NCBI GenBank assembly: GCA_947166445.1
Contig: CAMVED010000005.1
Coordinates: 1 to 63,527 of the forward strand
Length of the DNA stretch: 63,527 bases
Source of the DNA: an uncultured Mycoplasmatota bacterium
GTDB taxonomy: Bacteria > Bacillota_I > Bacilli_A > RF39 > UBA660
Direction of reading: 5' to 3'
Position 1 is the stretch's first letter, and every line of letters begins with the position of its first letter. Shown piece by piece: positions 1 to 10,787 of this stretch. Position numbers and translations under genes: made by a program. The notes below the pieces were generated by a model that saw only the letters and a list, made by a program, of their open reading frames with translations, searched no databases and was not told the DNA's origin.

Positions 1-198
1 TTTTAACTTGTCAACACTTTTTTTGTTTTTTTTATTGCAAAATATAAAAATGTGTAGTAATATGTGTTTTGACGTTTTGAAAAATTTTTGCATTTGTGCA
101 TGATAAGGGTATACTACATGGAAATGTGGTTTTTTGTGTTGTAGGAAAGGAGGATAGATTAAGCCCTTAGTTTTTAAGATGTCAGATTAGGAGGAAGT

Positions 199-1182
199 AT
201 GAGTTTTATTGTTGTTAAAAACTTAAATAAAACATTTAAGGTGTTACAAAGAGATAGTGGCCTTATGAATGCTTTTAAATCCTTATTTAAAAGAAAATAT
301 AAAGAGATTAAAGCAGTAGATAACATTTCATTTAATATTAATAAAGGTGAAATTGTTGCATACATAGGGCCAAATGGCGCTGGGAAATCTACTACTATAA
401 AGATGCTTACAGGAATACTTAAACCTGATAGTGGTACTATTTTAGTAGATAAACTTAATCCATTTAATGACAGAGTAAAATATGTCAAAAATATAGGAGT
501 GGTCTTTGGACAAAAGAGCCAGCTATGGTGGGATATACCTGTGGAAGATTCATTTCTTCTTTTAAAAGACATTTACAAACTTGATGATAAAGAGTATGAA
601 AAGACGAAAGAAGAACTGGTAGAACTTCTTAATTTAAAAGATTTTTTAAAAACGCCAGTTAGGCAACTTAGTCTAGGACAGAGAATGCGCTGCGAAATTG
701 CCGCATCATTACTTCACAATCCTAAAATTTTATTTTTAGATGAACCTACTATTGGATTAGATGCAATTTCTAAAGTAGCTGTAAGAAAGTTCATCAAAGA
801 AATAAACAAAAAGAAAAAAGTAACTATTATATTAACTAGTCATGACATGAGTGATATTGAAGCTCTTACTAATAGAATTATAGTAATTGGTCATGGAAAG
901 ATTTTATATGATGGTTCACTTAATGGCATCAAGAAAAAATTCAATAAGGAAAAGAAACTTGAAATAATATACAAAAAGTTAGATAGTATTCCAAAAATTA
1001 AAGATGTAGAAGTTATGCATAAAGAAAAGAACAAAGTTTTACTAAATGTTAACATGGAAAGCAACTCTATTTCTGATGTAATAAGAGAATACTCTAAAGT
1101 ATGTGAGATAGCAGATGTTAATATTTTAGAAAATAGTATTGATGATATTATAGTAAAACTTTATAAAGAATATAATTTATGA
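199..1182 (+). CDS. ABC transporter ATP-binding protein (ABC-2/DrrA-like exporter)
   Basis: Walker A GPNGAGKST, signature LSLGQ, Walker B LFLDEPT; SD AGGAGG upstream. Confidence 0.9.
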   Translation: MSFIVVKNLNKTFKVLQRDSGLMNAFKSLFKRKYKEIKAVDNISFNINKGEIVAYIGPNGAGKSTTIKMLTGILKPDSGTILVDKLNPFNDRVKYVKNIGVVFGQKSQLWWDIPVEDSFLLLKDIYKLDDKEYEKTKEELVELLNLKDFLKTPVRQLSLGQRMRCEIAASLLHNPKILFLDEPTIGLDAISKVAVRKFIKEINKKKKVTIILTSHDMSDIEALTNRIIVIGHGKILYDGSLNGIKKKFNKEKKLEIIYKKLDSIPKIKDVEVMHKEKNKVLLNVNMESNSISDVIREYSKVCEIADVNILENSIDDIIVKLYKEYNL

Positions 1183-1979
1183 AACCATATTTATCTTATT
1201 TTAAAAGTGAACTTTTAGTTGGACTTCAATATAAAGAAGCAGCTTTAGCAGGTCTTACTACACAGTTCTTTTGGGGAATATTATATGCTTTTGTATATCA
1301 AGCTTTTTATAATCACACTGGTGTCAATACCATTAATTTTAAAGAGCTCATGTGTTATGTTTGGCTTAATCAAGCTTTCTTTTCATTGATAATATTTATT
1401 TTAAGAGATAATCAAATTATGGAGCAAATAAAAAATGGTACGGTAGCATACGAGTTGTGCAGACCATACGATCTATACTGGTGGTGGTTTTTAAAACATT
1501 TATCCAAAAGATACGCATCTTGTTTTTTAAGATGTTTGCCTGTTTTAGTTTTTGCATTTTTACTACCCAAGCCATATAATTTAACTTTACCTATTTCTAT
1601 AGAAGCATTTGTTTTATTTCTAATTGCTTTATTTTTAGGATCAATAATTATAGTATCCATGGTTATGATTATTCAAACAATTAGTTTTTTTACATATCAA
1701 GATAAAGGTATTACAAGTATTTTCGGTACAATTGGAGGACTTCTTTCAGGACTTGATATTCCACTTCCACTTTTGCCTGTTGTATTTTTAAGTGTTACAG
1801 AATTTTTGCCCTTTAGATTAATAAGTGATTTATCACAGAGGTTATATTCTGGAAATATTGGCATAGAATATGGATTAAAAAGTATTGGATTACAAATTAT
1901 TTGGATAATAATATTAGTAATTATTGGTAAACTACTTATGAAAATAGCTTTAAGAAAGGTTTCAATACAAGGCGGATAG
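1179..1979 (+). CDS. ABC-2 family transporter permease
   Basis: Multiple TM helices, GTVAYELCRP motif, overlaps the ATPase stop codon. Confidence 0.8.
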   Translation: MKPYLSYFKSELLVGLQYKEAALAGLTTQFFWGILYAFVYQAFYNHTGVNTINFKELMCYVWLNQAFFSLIIFILRDNQIMEQIKNGTVAYELCRPYDLYWWWFLKHLSKRYASCFLRCLPVLVFAFLLPKPYNLTLPISIEAFVLFLIALFLGSIIIVSMVMIIQTISFFTYQDKGITSIFGTIGGLLSGLDIPLPLLPVVFLSVTEFLPFRLISDLSQRLYSGNIGIEYGLKSIGLQIIWIIILVIIGKLLMKIALRKVSIQGG

Positions 1980-1980
1980 A

Positions 1981-2757
1981 ATGAAACTATTTTTAAAGTA
2001 TATATCTCTTCATTTAAAAATAAGTTTAGAGTATAAATCTTCATTTATAATGACTATTATTTCACAAACTTTAGCTATGTTTGTAGAATTATTTACTGTT
2101 TATTCTTTATTTTTAAAGTTTAAACTTCTGGATATTTACAATCCTTTTGAACTGCTTTTAGGTTTTTCTACTCTTTGGCTTGGTTATTCTTTAGTAGAAT
2201 TATTTGCAAGAGGTTTTGATCATTTTTCTAGAATAATAGTTAATGGTAATTTTGACATTCTATTAATTAGACCTGCAAATTTATTTATTCAAATATGTGG
2301 AACTGATATATGTCACGAAAAGATAGGAAGAGTTATTATATCATTGTTAATATTTATATATAGTTCTATTAAAGTAATTAGTCATTTTACTATTTATAAA
2401 CTCTTATTACTTATTTTAATGGTATTTGGATGTGTTGTTATCATATTTTCAATCTTTATAATCGGCGCAACTATATGTTTTTTAACTATCCAAGGACTTG
2501 AAGCTGTTAATATTATCACCAATGGTACAAGACAAGTTTGTCAATATCCAATGGGGATATATAAAAAAGCAGTAAAGATATTCTTTACTACAGTTATTCC
2601 TTTATCACTTGTTAATTATTATCCACTTGATTATTTAACAGGAAGAACAGATAATATTTTATATGTATTTATGCCAATACTTACAATAATAATGTTTTTT
2701 ATAAGTAAATTTATATTTAATCTAGGGCTTAGAAAGTACTGTAGTACCGGATCATAG
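1981..2757 (+). CDS. ABC-2 family transporter permease (second subunit)
   Basis: Hydrophobic, GNFDILLIRP and QYPMGIY motifs; operonic with the two genes above. Confidence 0.8.
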   Translation: MKLFLKYISLHLKISLEYKSSFIMTIISQTLAMFVELFTVYSLFLKFKLLDIYNPFELLLGFSTLWLGYSLVELFARGFDHFSRIIVNGNFDILLIRPANLFIQICGTDICHEKIGRVIISLLIFIYSSIKVISHFTIYKLLLLILMVFGCVVIIFSIFIIGATICFLTIQGLEAVNIITNGTRQVCQYPMGIYKKAVKIFFTTVIPLSLVNYYPLDYLTGRTDNILYVFMPILTIIMFFISKFIFNLGLRKYCSTGS

Positions 2758-2787
2758 AAAAAAGGAAGATTCTTTCTTCCTTTTTTT
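2758..2787. terminator. Bidirectional intrinsic terminator
   Basis: AAAAAAGGAAGA-ttctt-TCTTCCTTTTTT inverted repeat between convergent genes. Confidence 0.8.
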
Positions 2788-2791
2788 ATTA

Positions 2792-3271
2792 TTACAATTC
2801 ATACCCTAGCCTTTCTAACTCTAGTATAGTTATTAAGGATAAGTTTTCTTTTTTTAATTCTTTTATGCTATAAAATGATGCTCCAAGTGAATCATCGTTT
2901 TGTTTATCAATTTTTACTTCTTCTTTTATATTTCCTTCATGTTTTGTTACTTTATAAAATATTCCTATATGATGTACTTTTATTAAAGTATTATTATAGT
3001 TCCAATCTGCTATAACTGAATTTGCATCATATAACTCATATTCTGTAGGTGTTACTCCTGTTTCTTCTTTCAGTTCTCTTACTAAAGTTTCTTTTGGTGT
3101 TTCTCCAAACTCAAATGATCCTCCGGGAAGATCTAGCTTTCCATCGTATGGTCCAGTTACTTTTTTTATTAAAAGTATTTTATCATCTTTTATAACTATT
3201 CCATATACTCCAATATGTGTATGGGCTTTTATTTTGTTTCCATTCTTATCAATTATTTCTTTTATATTCAT
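2792..3271 (-). CDS. Nudix hydrolase
   Basis: Nudix box GGSFEFGETPKETLVRELKEETG. Confidence 0.9.
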   Translation of the reverse strand: MNIKEIIDKNGNKIKAHTHIGVYGIVIKDDKILLIKKVTGPYDGKLDLPGGSFEFGETPKETLVRELKEETGVTPTEYELYDANSVIADWNYNNTLIKVHHIGIFYKVTKHEGNIKEEVKIDKQNDDSLGASFYSIKELKKENLSLITILELERLGYEL

Positions 3272-3770
3272 TTAATACCTCCAACATTTCTTCTACTATG
3301 ATTTTGTTTATTGGATTATCTGGAATACTATTTATTAATACTTGTTCTATATTATCCAAATTGATGTACTCTATTTTATAATTTCCTTTTGTTTCCCAAT
3401 CATCTAGATTAGCATTATTCATATTAGCTTTTTCGTCTGTTTTTATAGAAAAATAATATATTTCATTTTTTCTATTTAATCCTGTATCTCTATAATTTTT
3501 ACTATAATATGTAATTTTTTCAAATGCTTTTAGATTAGTATTTTTTATATCTATTCCCGTTTCTTCTTTTACTTCTCTTTTTAAACCTTCTTCAAGTGTT
3601 TCGTTTTCTTCAAGATGACCTCCAGGAAATTGATATGTTTTGTGACAATATCCAAGAGCTATTTCATTTTTGCTATTTATTAACAATGCCTTTACTCTTA
3701 TTACTGTTTCATCTATATCATTTTCTTTTAGGTTATCATGATTATAAACTATTTTTTTCATAAAATTCAT
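3249..3770 (-). CDS. Nudix hydrolase
   Basis: Nudix box GGHLEENETLEEGLKREVKEETG. Confidence 0.9.
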   Translation of the reverse strand: MNFMKKIVYNHDNLKENDIDETVIRVKALLINSKNEIALGYCHKTYQFPGGHLEENETLEEGLKREVKEETGIDIKNTNLKAFEKITYYSKNYRDTGLNRKNEIYYFSIKTDEKANMNNANLDDWETKGNYKIEYINLDNIEQVLINSIPDNPINKIIVEEMLEVLNEYKRNN

Positions 3771-4293
3771 CTTTTAATATATCCATTTTTATATCATCAT
3801 ATCTTTTTCCGTTATGAAATTTTGCTTCTCTAATTCTTCCTGCTTCTTTAAATCCTACTTTTTTATAACATGCAATTGCTTGTTCATTAAATGAATAAAC
3901 TCCTAAATACATGTTGTGAAGGTTTAATGTATTAAATCCATAGTCAAGAAGCATTCTAAGTGTTTCTTGTCCATATCCTTTTCCTCTTACTGATTCTTCT
4001 CCAATTAATATTCCTACTTCCGCGGTCTGATTTATTTGATTAATATTCATAATTGAACAAGTGCCTATTAAAGTATCATTTTCTTTTGTTACTATACTGA
4101 AACAATGATCACCTTTCTTCGTTACTTCTTGAAGATATTCTATTTCATTTTCAAGTGTTGTGACATCTTTTGTTTTTCCTATTCCATCTGTTACTCTATA
4201 ATCATTTAACCATTTTGTATAGATTGGTGCATCTTCTAGCATCATAGGTCCTAAATATATATTTTCACTCTCTAGTTTTTTAAAATACTTCAT
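3742..4293 (-). CDS. GNAT N-acetyltransferase (RimJ/RimL/SpeG-like)
   Basis: RGKGYG acetyl-CoA motif, NEQAIACYKKVGF. Confidence 0.85.
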   Translation of the reverse strand: MKYFKKLESENIYLGPMMLEDAPIYTKWLNDYRVTDGIGKTKDVTTLENEIEYLQEVTKKGDHCFSIVTKENDTLIGTCSIMNINQINQTAEVGILIGEESVRGKGYGQETLRMLLDYGFNTLNLHNMYLGVYSFNEQAIACYKKVGFKEAGRIREAKFHNGKRYDDIKMDILKDEFYEKNSL

Positions 4294-4310
4294 AATTTTA
4301 CCTCCTTATT

Positions 4311-4919
4311 TTAGTTGTTAACACTTTTTGTTATAAATTCTATTACATCATCTTCATTTACTTTTATTAGTTCCTTATCTTCTTCAGTTATTTCTGTAAA
4401 GTATTTATCTAAATTCTTATATTTCGATATTGAATTTAAAGGATAACCTTTATTTATCTTATCTGATGGCTTTTCTACCATATAAAAGTTTTCTTTACTC
4501 CATGTATAAGTACTTTCTTCACCTTTTTGGTTGATAACTGCTAAACCATATACCCACTTACAATCTAGTTTTCCATTTGTTCCATATTGTTTTACTAAAC
4601 CTGTATAATGCTTTATCATTTCTTCGTCTGTTAGAGTTTTGCCATTTACTCTTCTTACATATAATCCTGGTTGTTTATCTTCTGGGACACCTTCCAAATA
4701 TAAAGTGTCATCCATTCCCATAACAGGCATGTGTGTTTCATTATAATATGCTCTTGCTTTTATAAGAGCGTTTTCTATTGCAGTTTTACCATTTTCGTTA
4801 ACGTCTATGTTTATATTTAAATCTTTTAATGATAATAGTTCAATATCATTTTCTAATAATCCTTGTTTAAAACGATTTAATTTACTTTGATTACTTGTCG
4901 CAAATAATAGTTTTTTCAT
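4311..4919 (-). CDS. Ham1/ITPase family non-canonical purine NTP pyrophosphatase
   Basis: FATSNQSK N-terminus, ENGKTAIENALIKA, DDTL, PGLYVRR motifs. Confidence 0.8.
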   Translation of the reverse strand: MKKLLFATSNQSKLNRFKQGLLENDIELLSLKDLNINIDVNENGKTAIENALIKARAYYNETHMPVMGMDDTLYLEGVPEDKQPGLYVRRVNGKTLTDEEMIKHYTGLVKQYGTNGKLDCKWVYGLAVINQKGEESTYTWSKENFYMVEKPSDKINKGYPLNSISKYKNLDKYFTEITEEDKELIKVNEDDVIEFITKSVNN

Positions 4920-5406
4920 AATTACCTCTTATATATATTTTTTTAAATAAATATCCATGTGATTCTTTGAACTGATTGTTTTCTATTAGTTTTAATATTT
5001 GTTCTTTTGTTAACCATTCTACTTTTTCTACTTCTTCTTTTTGTAGTGTTAAGTTATTTAAATCTATATTACAATTGAATTCATAGACACTGAAAAGACA
5101 TGGTGCTGTTGGATGCTTTTCTAATGATGTAAATCTTAGATCTTCTTTTGTTACTTTTAAACCTAATTCTTCTTGTATTTCTCTTATGATGCATTCAAGT
5201 GGGGTTTCATTAGTAGTTATATGTCCTCCAGTTGTACTGTAATCTCCACCTTTTTCTTTGCTTGTTTTTTGAATTAAATATTGATTGTCTTTGTTTTTTA
5301 TAAATACAATACTTAACATTATTTTACCTTCTGAATACTTTTTGCCGCGTTCCACTGTTTTATTTAACTTGTTTCCATTGTCATCATATAAATCTAATAA
5401 TTCCAT
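4891..5406 (-). CDS. Nudix hydrolase (IDI/YfcD-like)
   Basis: ELLDLYD N-terminus; GGHITTNETPLECIIREIQEELG; LQKEEV. Confidence 0.85.
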   Translation of the reverse strand: MELLDLYDDNGNKLNKTVERGKKYSEGKIMLSIVFIKNKDNQYLIQKTSKEKGGDYSTTGGHITTNETPLECIIREIQEELGLKVTKEDLRFTSLEKHPTAPCLFSVYEFNCNIDLNNLTLQKEEVEKVEWLTKEQILKLIENNQFKESHGYLFKKIYIRGNYEKTIICDK

Positions 5407-5419
5407 TTTTACCTCTTTT

Positions 5420-6043
5420 TTATATCTTTAATTTATTTCTTTTTGTATATCTTATTTCTTTTGTTTTTGTATCTTTTGATACAAACCACATTAAAAGTGA
5501 TCCTATAAAGTTACCTAGTATACAAATCAATATTGAAGTGTGCCAAGCTCTAGCTACTCCCATTGTTATGATGTTTGCTATGCAATGTTGGAAACCACAG
5601 AAAATGAATAAAGGTATGCCGAATATGATACCTAACGGAGTTCCTTTTCTATACATATATACTGCTATATACATTATGATTCCACATAAAACTGATTTTA
5701 CGAAGAATGCTAATGACACATCCCAAGTTTTTACTTTTTCTACTGCATTTTTGAATACTTCTGGATCTGTTACCGAGTAAAGTAATCCTAAAAGATAACC
5801 TGCGATTAGATTTATTAACAATATTGTTAATAAATCAGTTACTTTTATTTTGTCTTCAATTAGAAATCCACATTTACCTGTGAATAAGTTTTGACCCATG
5901 TAGCATACTCCAAGCAATCCTAGAGAGAAAAGAACTGGTCCAATAGGACTTCCTAGTTTTAATAGAGCGTAATCTCCAAGTGAAATTAATATTGCTGCTC
6001 CAATACTTTTGTTTATTAATTCTATTTTTTTCATAAAAAACAC
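5420..6043 (-). CDS. Short formate/nitrite transporter (FNT) family protein
   Basis: LFTG, GIICGIIM-like, FIFCGFQHCIAN, GNFIG motifs; TM-rich. Confidence 0.8.
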   Translation of the reverse strand: MFFMKKIELINKSIGAAILISLGDYALLKLGSPIGPVLFSLGLLGVCYMGQNLFTGKCGFLIEDKIKVTDLLTILLINLIAGYLLGLLYSVTDPEVFKNAVEKVKTWDVSLAFFVKSVLCGIIMYIAVYMYRKGTPLGIIFGIPLFIFCGFQHCIANIITMGVARAWHTSILICILGNFIGSLLMWFVSKDTKTKEIRYTKRNKLKI

Positions 6044-6089
6044 CTCACTTTAAAACTATTATATACTTTTTAGCATTATAAAAACAAGA

Positions 6090-6740
6090 CTATTGTAGTC
6101 TTGTTCTAAGTCTTGTTAAAATTTCTTTCTCCTTTCTTGATACTTTTACTTGATTTATACCAAGTTCTTTTGATAGTTCACTTTGAGTTAAACCTTCTTC
6201 ATATCTTTTCATTATAATATTTCTATCATATTCGTTTAAATTATCTAGCTCCTTTCTTAAATCTAATATATCTTCTCTATACATTTGCTCTTCATATCTA
6301 ACTTTGTTATATAGATTCTGTTCTTCTTCGTTTTCAGTTTCTAAACTGATCATTAAGTTATTGGCCTCCTTGGCCTGCCGGATGCTTTCTATATCTATTT
6401 CTAGAAACAATGCTATGTCATCATCGGTTGGAACATGACCTATTCTTTGTGTTAAATAGTCTTTTGCTTTTTCAATTGAAGTATTTAATTTTATTAATTC
6501 TTTACTTACTTTCATCATATTTGAATTTCTAATAAATTCTTTTACTTTTCCTGAAACATAAAAGTATGCAAACGATGAGAACTTTGTATTTTTATCACCT
6601 TTATAGTGGTCATAGGCATCCATTAGTCCTATCATTCCTACTTGATACAAGTCATCTTTATCAAAGTAATAAGTATATTTATTTATTATGGAATAAACAA
6701 TATTTTCGTTTTCTAATAAAACCTCTGCTTTATCTTTCAT
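6090..6740 (-). CDS. sigF: Sporulation sigma factor, SigF-like (N-terminally short)
   Basis: DDLYQVGMIGL region 2.2, KFSSFA, region 4 TQSELSKELGINQVKVSR; overlaps spoIIAA by ATGA. Confidence 0.75.
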   Translation of the reverse strand: MKDKAEVLLENENIVYSIINKYTYYFDKDDLYQVGMIGLMDAYDHYKGDKNTKFSSFAYFYVSGKVKEFIRNSNMMKVSKELIKLNTSIEKAKDYLTQRIGHVPTDDDIALFLEIDIESIRQAKEANNLMISLETENEEEQNLYNKVRYEEQMYREDILDLRKELDNLNEYDRNIIMKRYEEGLTQSELSKELGINQVKVSRKEKEILTRLRTRLQ

Positions 6741-7072
6741 ATGCTTATCATCTCGTATGCTGCTTTTTCTTCATTTACTTGGTAAAGATTATCTGTTAGT
6801 ATTTGATTTGCTTTTAATATTCTATCCATTCCACAGAGAATAAGTTTACCACTATTGTTTACTATTTGTTTATAACTAGATTCTATAGCTTCCAGGCCAA
6901 AGTGGTCTATATAACTTAATTGTTTCAGGTTTAGGAGTACATATTTTATTCCATTATTTTTTATTACAGTTTCTAGATCATTTTTAAATAATAGAACAGT
7001 ATCTCCGTTTAGTATTCCTTTTAATCTTGTTACTAATATTCCATGTTTAAATTCCATATCTATATCTAACAT
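6737..7072 (-). CDS. spoIIAA: Anti-sigma factor antagonist (STAS), SpoIIAA-like, phospho-Ser site altered
   Basis: VTRLKGIL, VLLNLKQLSYID.G, YKQI...GKLILC match SpoIIAA; DSSG replaced by DHFG. Confidence 0.75.
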   Translation of the reverse strand: MLDIDMEFKHGILVTRLKGILNGDTVLLFKNDLETVIKNNGIKYVLLNLKQLSYIDHFGLEAIESSYKQIVNNSGKLILCGMDRILKANQILTDNLYQVNEEKAAYEMISI

Positions 7073-7249
7073 TTAATCGACTCCTTTTCTTTTATGTTAA
7101 AAATATATCAATCTACGTGGTAGGTTTATGTCGATTATTGGTAATAGATTAAAACATTATTAGACAATTTTGTTTTATGCATAATAAAAAAACCTCCTCA
7201 TATATATATTTCACAAAAACTATATATATTACCTAGGTTTTTAGTTTTT

Positions 7250-7975
7250 TTATTTATCTAATTCATAAAGGATAATGCTTGTAGCTACTGCTACATTAAG
7301 GCTTTCTACGTTATTTGTATTTAAATGAATATACTTATCTATTTTATTTTTTACTTTTTCACTTATTCCAGAGCCTTCATTACCCATGATGATACAGAAG
7401 TTTTCTTTATTTACTGTATCTATGCTATCTCCTTTTGCTACATCTGTTCCATATATGTTAATACCTATTTTATTTAGATTGTCTATTGCTTCTTCAAGAT
7501 TTTCTCTTATAATATTAAGTCTAAATAGTGACCCTTCAGTTGCTCTTATAGTTTTATCGTTATAAACATCACAAGAATCATCTGATAGAATTAAAGTATC
7601 TATGTTAAAAGCTACTGCACTTCTTATTATCGTTCCAAGGTTACCTGGGTCTGCTACTTTGTCTAGCATTAAATATCTTTTTCCTATATATTCATTACTA
7701 TCTTTTTTTGAACATATTCCAATGTATTTTGATGTATTTATACTCTTTATTTTGTTCATTACGTTTTCTGATACATAATAGATTGGACAATCAACTTTAA
7801 AAGATAGTTCTTCATTTTCTAAAATATATACTTCTTCAAGTTTTCCTTCAATATAGGCTTCTTTTATTAAATTTTCTGTTTCTATAATAAATTTGTTTTC
7901 TATATCCCTATATTTTTTTTGTTTTAGTTTTACCAGTTCTTTTATTTTTTTATTATCAGTACTTGTTATTAACAT
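7250..7975 (-). CDS. TrmH/SpoU family RNA methyltransferase
   Basis: DPGNLGTIIRSA, MGNEGSG, VESLNVAVA. Confidence 0.92.
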   Translation of the reverse strand: MLITSTDNKKIKELVKLKQKKYRDIENKFIIETENLIKEAYIEGKLEEVYILENEELSFKVDCPIYYVSENVMNKIKSINTSKYIGICSKKDSNEYIGKRYLMLDKVADPGNLGTIIRSAVAFNIDTLILSDDSCDVYNDKTIRATEGSLFRLNIIRENLEEAIDNLNKIGINIYGTDVAKGDSIDTVNKENFCIIMGNEGSGISEKVKNKIDKYIHLNTNNVESLNVAVATSIILYELDK

Positions 7976-7983
7976 TTAATCAC

Positions 7984-8457
7984 CTAATCTATCCTTTTTA
8001 CTTTAATATTATTATCTTCTTTGATGTTTATATTGTTTTCTTCTTTTATAATAGCATCTATCATATCTACTAAGCTAATGTCATCAATGGTTAAGTGATA
8101 GTTTTTAAGATGGTCGTTGATTATATCTGCCATTTCATGCAGTTTTGGTAAATCAGCAGATTTATATGATTCAATATACAATTCTTTTTTAGCCTCTTCT
8201 CCAATCATAATACCAACTTTTGTTTTTATGTCTAATATTTCTTTTAAATCATTAGCTATTTTTTCACTAACTATACCAAGTTCTTTCATTCTACTAAGTT
8301 TATACAAAATCAAAAAATGTTCTATTGTATAATTCCCATACTCAGAACCAATTCCTTTTGAAATGTAATTTCTAGTTATATCACGTACTTTTATACCCTT
8401 TGTATATATTTTTAAAAATTTTTCAAACGAAGTAAACTCTTTTTTTATATCATTCAT
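7984..8457 (-). CDS. Hypothetical protein
   Basis: Long ORF in operon orientation with SD GAGGTG; no motif recognised. Confidence 0.6.
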   Translation of the reverse strand: MNDIKKEFTSFEKFLKIYTKGIKVRDITRNYISKGIGSEYGNYTIEHFLILYKLSRMKELGIVSEKIANDLKEILDIKTKVGIMIGEEAKKELYIESYKSADLPKLHEMADIINDHLKNYHLTIDDISLVDMIDAIIKEENNINIKEDNNIKVKRID

Positions 8458-8550
8458 TTTCTACACCTCACGTATAAATTCGCTAATTATTATATCACTA
8501 TAAAATAATAAATCAAATACTAATTATTTTACTATATTAATACTCCTTGT

Positions 8551-9189
8551 TTATACATTTCTCATATGTTTTCTTATTTCTTTATAATTTGGTACATAGA
8601 TTTCTACTAAATCCCAAAAATCTTTTGAATGGTTGTGATGCTTTAAATGAGATAGTTCGTGGTATATTACATATATTAAGCACGCAGGTTCTAGTTTTAT
8701 TAGTTCTTGATTTAAAGTTATTGTATTATTTGTGACGTTACAAACTCCCCATTTACTTTTCATTTTTCTTATTTTTAATTCTGGTTTTAAAGAAGCTTCT
8801 CTAAAGTTTTTAAAGCATTCATCATAATACTCTTTAAACATTTCTTTAGCTTCTTTTTTATACCAGTTATCTACATTTGTATTTTTCCCAATATAAGCAA
8901 TTGTATCTGTTAAAGTTATTCCATATTTTCCAGTATATAAAATATCATAGTAATGTCCGAGGTATTCAAACTTACCAGATTTTTTATTTTGTAGTTGTTG
9001 TTTTTTTATGACATTTTTTGCTATAAAATTAATATTTGATTCTATAAATTCTCTTATGGTTTTTTCTGTTGTTCTTAAAGGGGCTGTGATTTCTATTTTG
9101 GGTCCATCTTTTATTCTTAAATACATATTTTTGTTGTTTTTATATGTTATTTCAATAGGATATGTAATACCATTTATTTCTATTTTCAT
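8551..9189 (-). CDS. YgjP/M48-like (SprT family) zinc metallopeptidase
   Basis: [28 protein letters not shown]. Confidence 0.88.
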   Translation of the reverse strand: MKIEINGITYPIEITYKNNKNMYLRIKDGPKIEITAPLRTTEKTIREFIESNINFIAKNVIKKQQLQNKKSGKFEYLGHYYDILYTGKYGITLTDTIAYIGKNTNVDNWYKKEAKEMFKEYYDECFKNFREASLKPELKIRKMKSKWGVCNVTNNTITLNQELIKLEPACLIYVIYHELSHLKHHNHSKDFWDLVEIYVPNYKEIRKHMRNV

Positions 9190-10160
9190 AAAAGTGTTCC
9201 TTGTTTATTTTTGTGAAAATATTCGTAGGCTTTTTGGGTTGCAATTCTACCACGTGATGTTCTTTTTAACATTCCTATTTGTATTAAATATGGTTCATAC
9301 ATATCTTCAATTGTTGAAACTTCTTCTCCTACAGAGGTCGCTAAAGTATCTATTCCAACAGGACCACCATTAAATTTTTCTATTATTGTTAACAGTATTT
9401 CTTTATCTGTTTCATCTAGTCCTATTCTATCTATTTTTAATCTGTCTAAAGCTTTTCTAGTTACTTCCAAATCGATAATACTTTTTCCTTCGACTAGAGC
9501 AAAGTCTCTAACTCTTCGAAATAGTTTATTGGCAATTCTTGGAGTTCCTCTACTACGAAGTGCTAACTCTTTGGCAGCTTCATCCTCTATTTCTGTTTCT
9601 AGAACTTTACTAGTCCTTTTTACTATTTGTGTAAGTTCTTCTTCTGTATAATATTGTAATTTATTAACTATTCCAAATCTATCTCTTAGAGGTGATGTTA
9701 AGTCTCCTGCTTTGGTTGTCGCTCCAACAAGCGTGAATGGCGGAAGATCTATTTTTATATTTCTAGTTGATCCTTCAGTTCCAATTATGATATCTAATGT
9801 AAAGTCTTCCATAGCAGGATAAAGTATTTCTTCAATAAATCTTGGCATTCTATGTATTTCATCAATAAATAGAACATCACCTGGTTCAAGTGAAGAAAGC
9901 ACTGCTGCAAGATCTCCACTTTTTTCTATTGAAGGACCACTCGCTGTTTTTATATTTACGTTTAACTCATTAGCTATAATAAAGGCCATAGTTGTTTTAC
10001 CAAGCCCTGGAGGCCCATACAAAAGAACGTGATCTAATGCTTCACCTCTTATTTTTGCCGCTTCGATGAAAACTTTCATGTTTTCTTTTACTTCAGTTTG
10101 ACCAATATATTCATCAATCAGTCTGGGTCTTATAGTTTGTTCATATTCTTTTTCTTCCAT
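9186..10160 (-). CDS. ruvB: Holliday junction helicase RuvB
   Basis: [34 protein letters not shown]. Confidence 0.97.
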   Translation of the reverse strand: MEEKEYEQTIRPRLIDEYIGQTEVKENMKVFIEAAKIRGEALDHVLLYGPPGLGKTTMAFIIANELNVNIKTASGPSIEKSGDLAAVLSSLEPGDVLFIDEIHRMPRFIEEILYPAMEDFTLDIIIGTEGSTRNIKIDLPPFTLVGATTKAGDLTSPLRDRFGIVNKLQYYTEEELTQIVKRTSKVLETEIEDEAAKELALRSRGTPRIANKLFRRVRDFALVEGKSIIDLEVTRKALDRLKIDRIGLDETDKEILLTIIEKFNGGPVGIDTLATSVGEEVSTIEDMYEPYLIQIGMLKRTSRGRIATQKAYEYFHKNKQGTLL

Positions 10161-10161
10161 A

Positions 10162-10779
10162 TTATGCCTCCTTTGTTAGTTTATCTTTTATTTGTTTTAA
10201 ATCAATTTTGTTTACTTTTTCTAAATAGCATTTACCACATAATGGTACATATGTTATATTTTCAGTCCCATCAATTATTATTTCTTCTCCATCTTTGACA
10301 AATTTATCTCCTACTTCTCTACCTACATATCTTGCTATTTCTCCACAATGACATAATGTTGTTATTCCTTCCAAGACATCTGATATTTCCAGTAGTCTTT
10401 TACTTCCTGCGAAACTTTCCATTTTAAAGTTTGTCCTAAGTCCATAACAGATTACAGGTATATCACATGCTTTTGATATCAAGAATAAGTCTTCTACTTG
10501 TTTTATAGATAGAAACTGTGCTTCATCTACTAAGATGCATGCTATATCAGTCAGATTGTTCTTTAGCTTTTCTAAAATACTATCAGAGTATAGTAACAGT
10601 TCATCTACTTTTCTAGATAATCCTACTCTTGAAGTAATAGTATTATCTCCTTTTGTATCTATTGCTGGTTTTAATATCAATACACTATAGCCATTCTCTT
10701 CGTAGTTATGAGCTGTCCTGATTAAATCTATACTTTTTCCTGAGTTCATACTAGCATACTTAAAATGCATCTTTGCCAT
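10162..10779 (-). CDS. tdk: Thymidine kinase
   Basis: SMNSGKS, VDEAQF, YGLRTNF, Zn motifs CHC / CGKC. Confidence 0.95.
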   Translation of the reverse strand: MAKMHFKYASMNSGKSIDLIRTAHNYEENGYSVLILKPAIDTKGDNTITSRVGLSRKVDELLLYSDSILEKLKNNLTDIACILVDEAQFLSIKQVEDLFLISKACDIPVICYGLRTNFKMESFAGSKRLLEISDVLEGITTLCHCGEIARYVGREVGDKFVKDGEEIIIDGTENITYVPLCGKCYLEKVNKIDLKQIKDKLTKEA

Positions 10780-10787
10780 GATATCAC

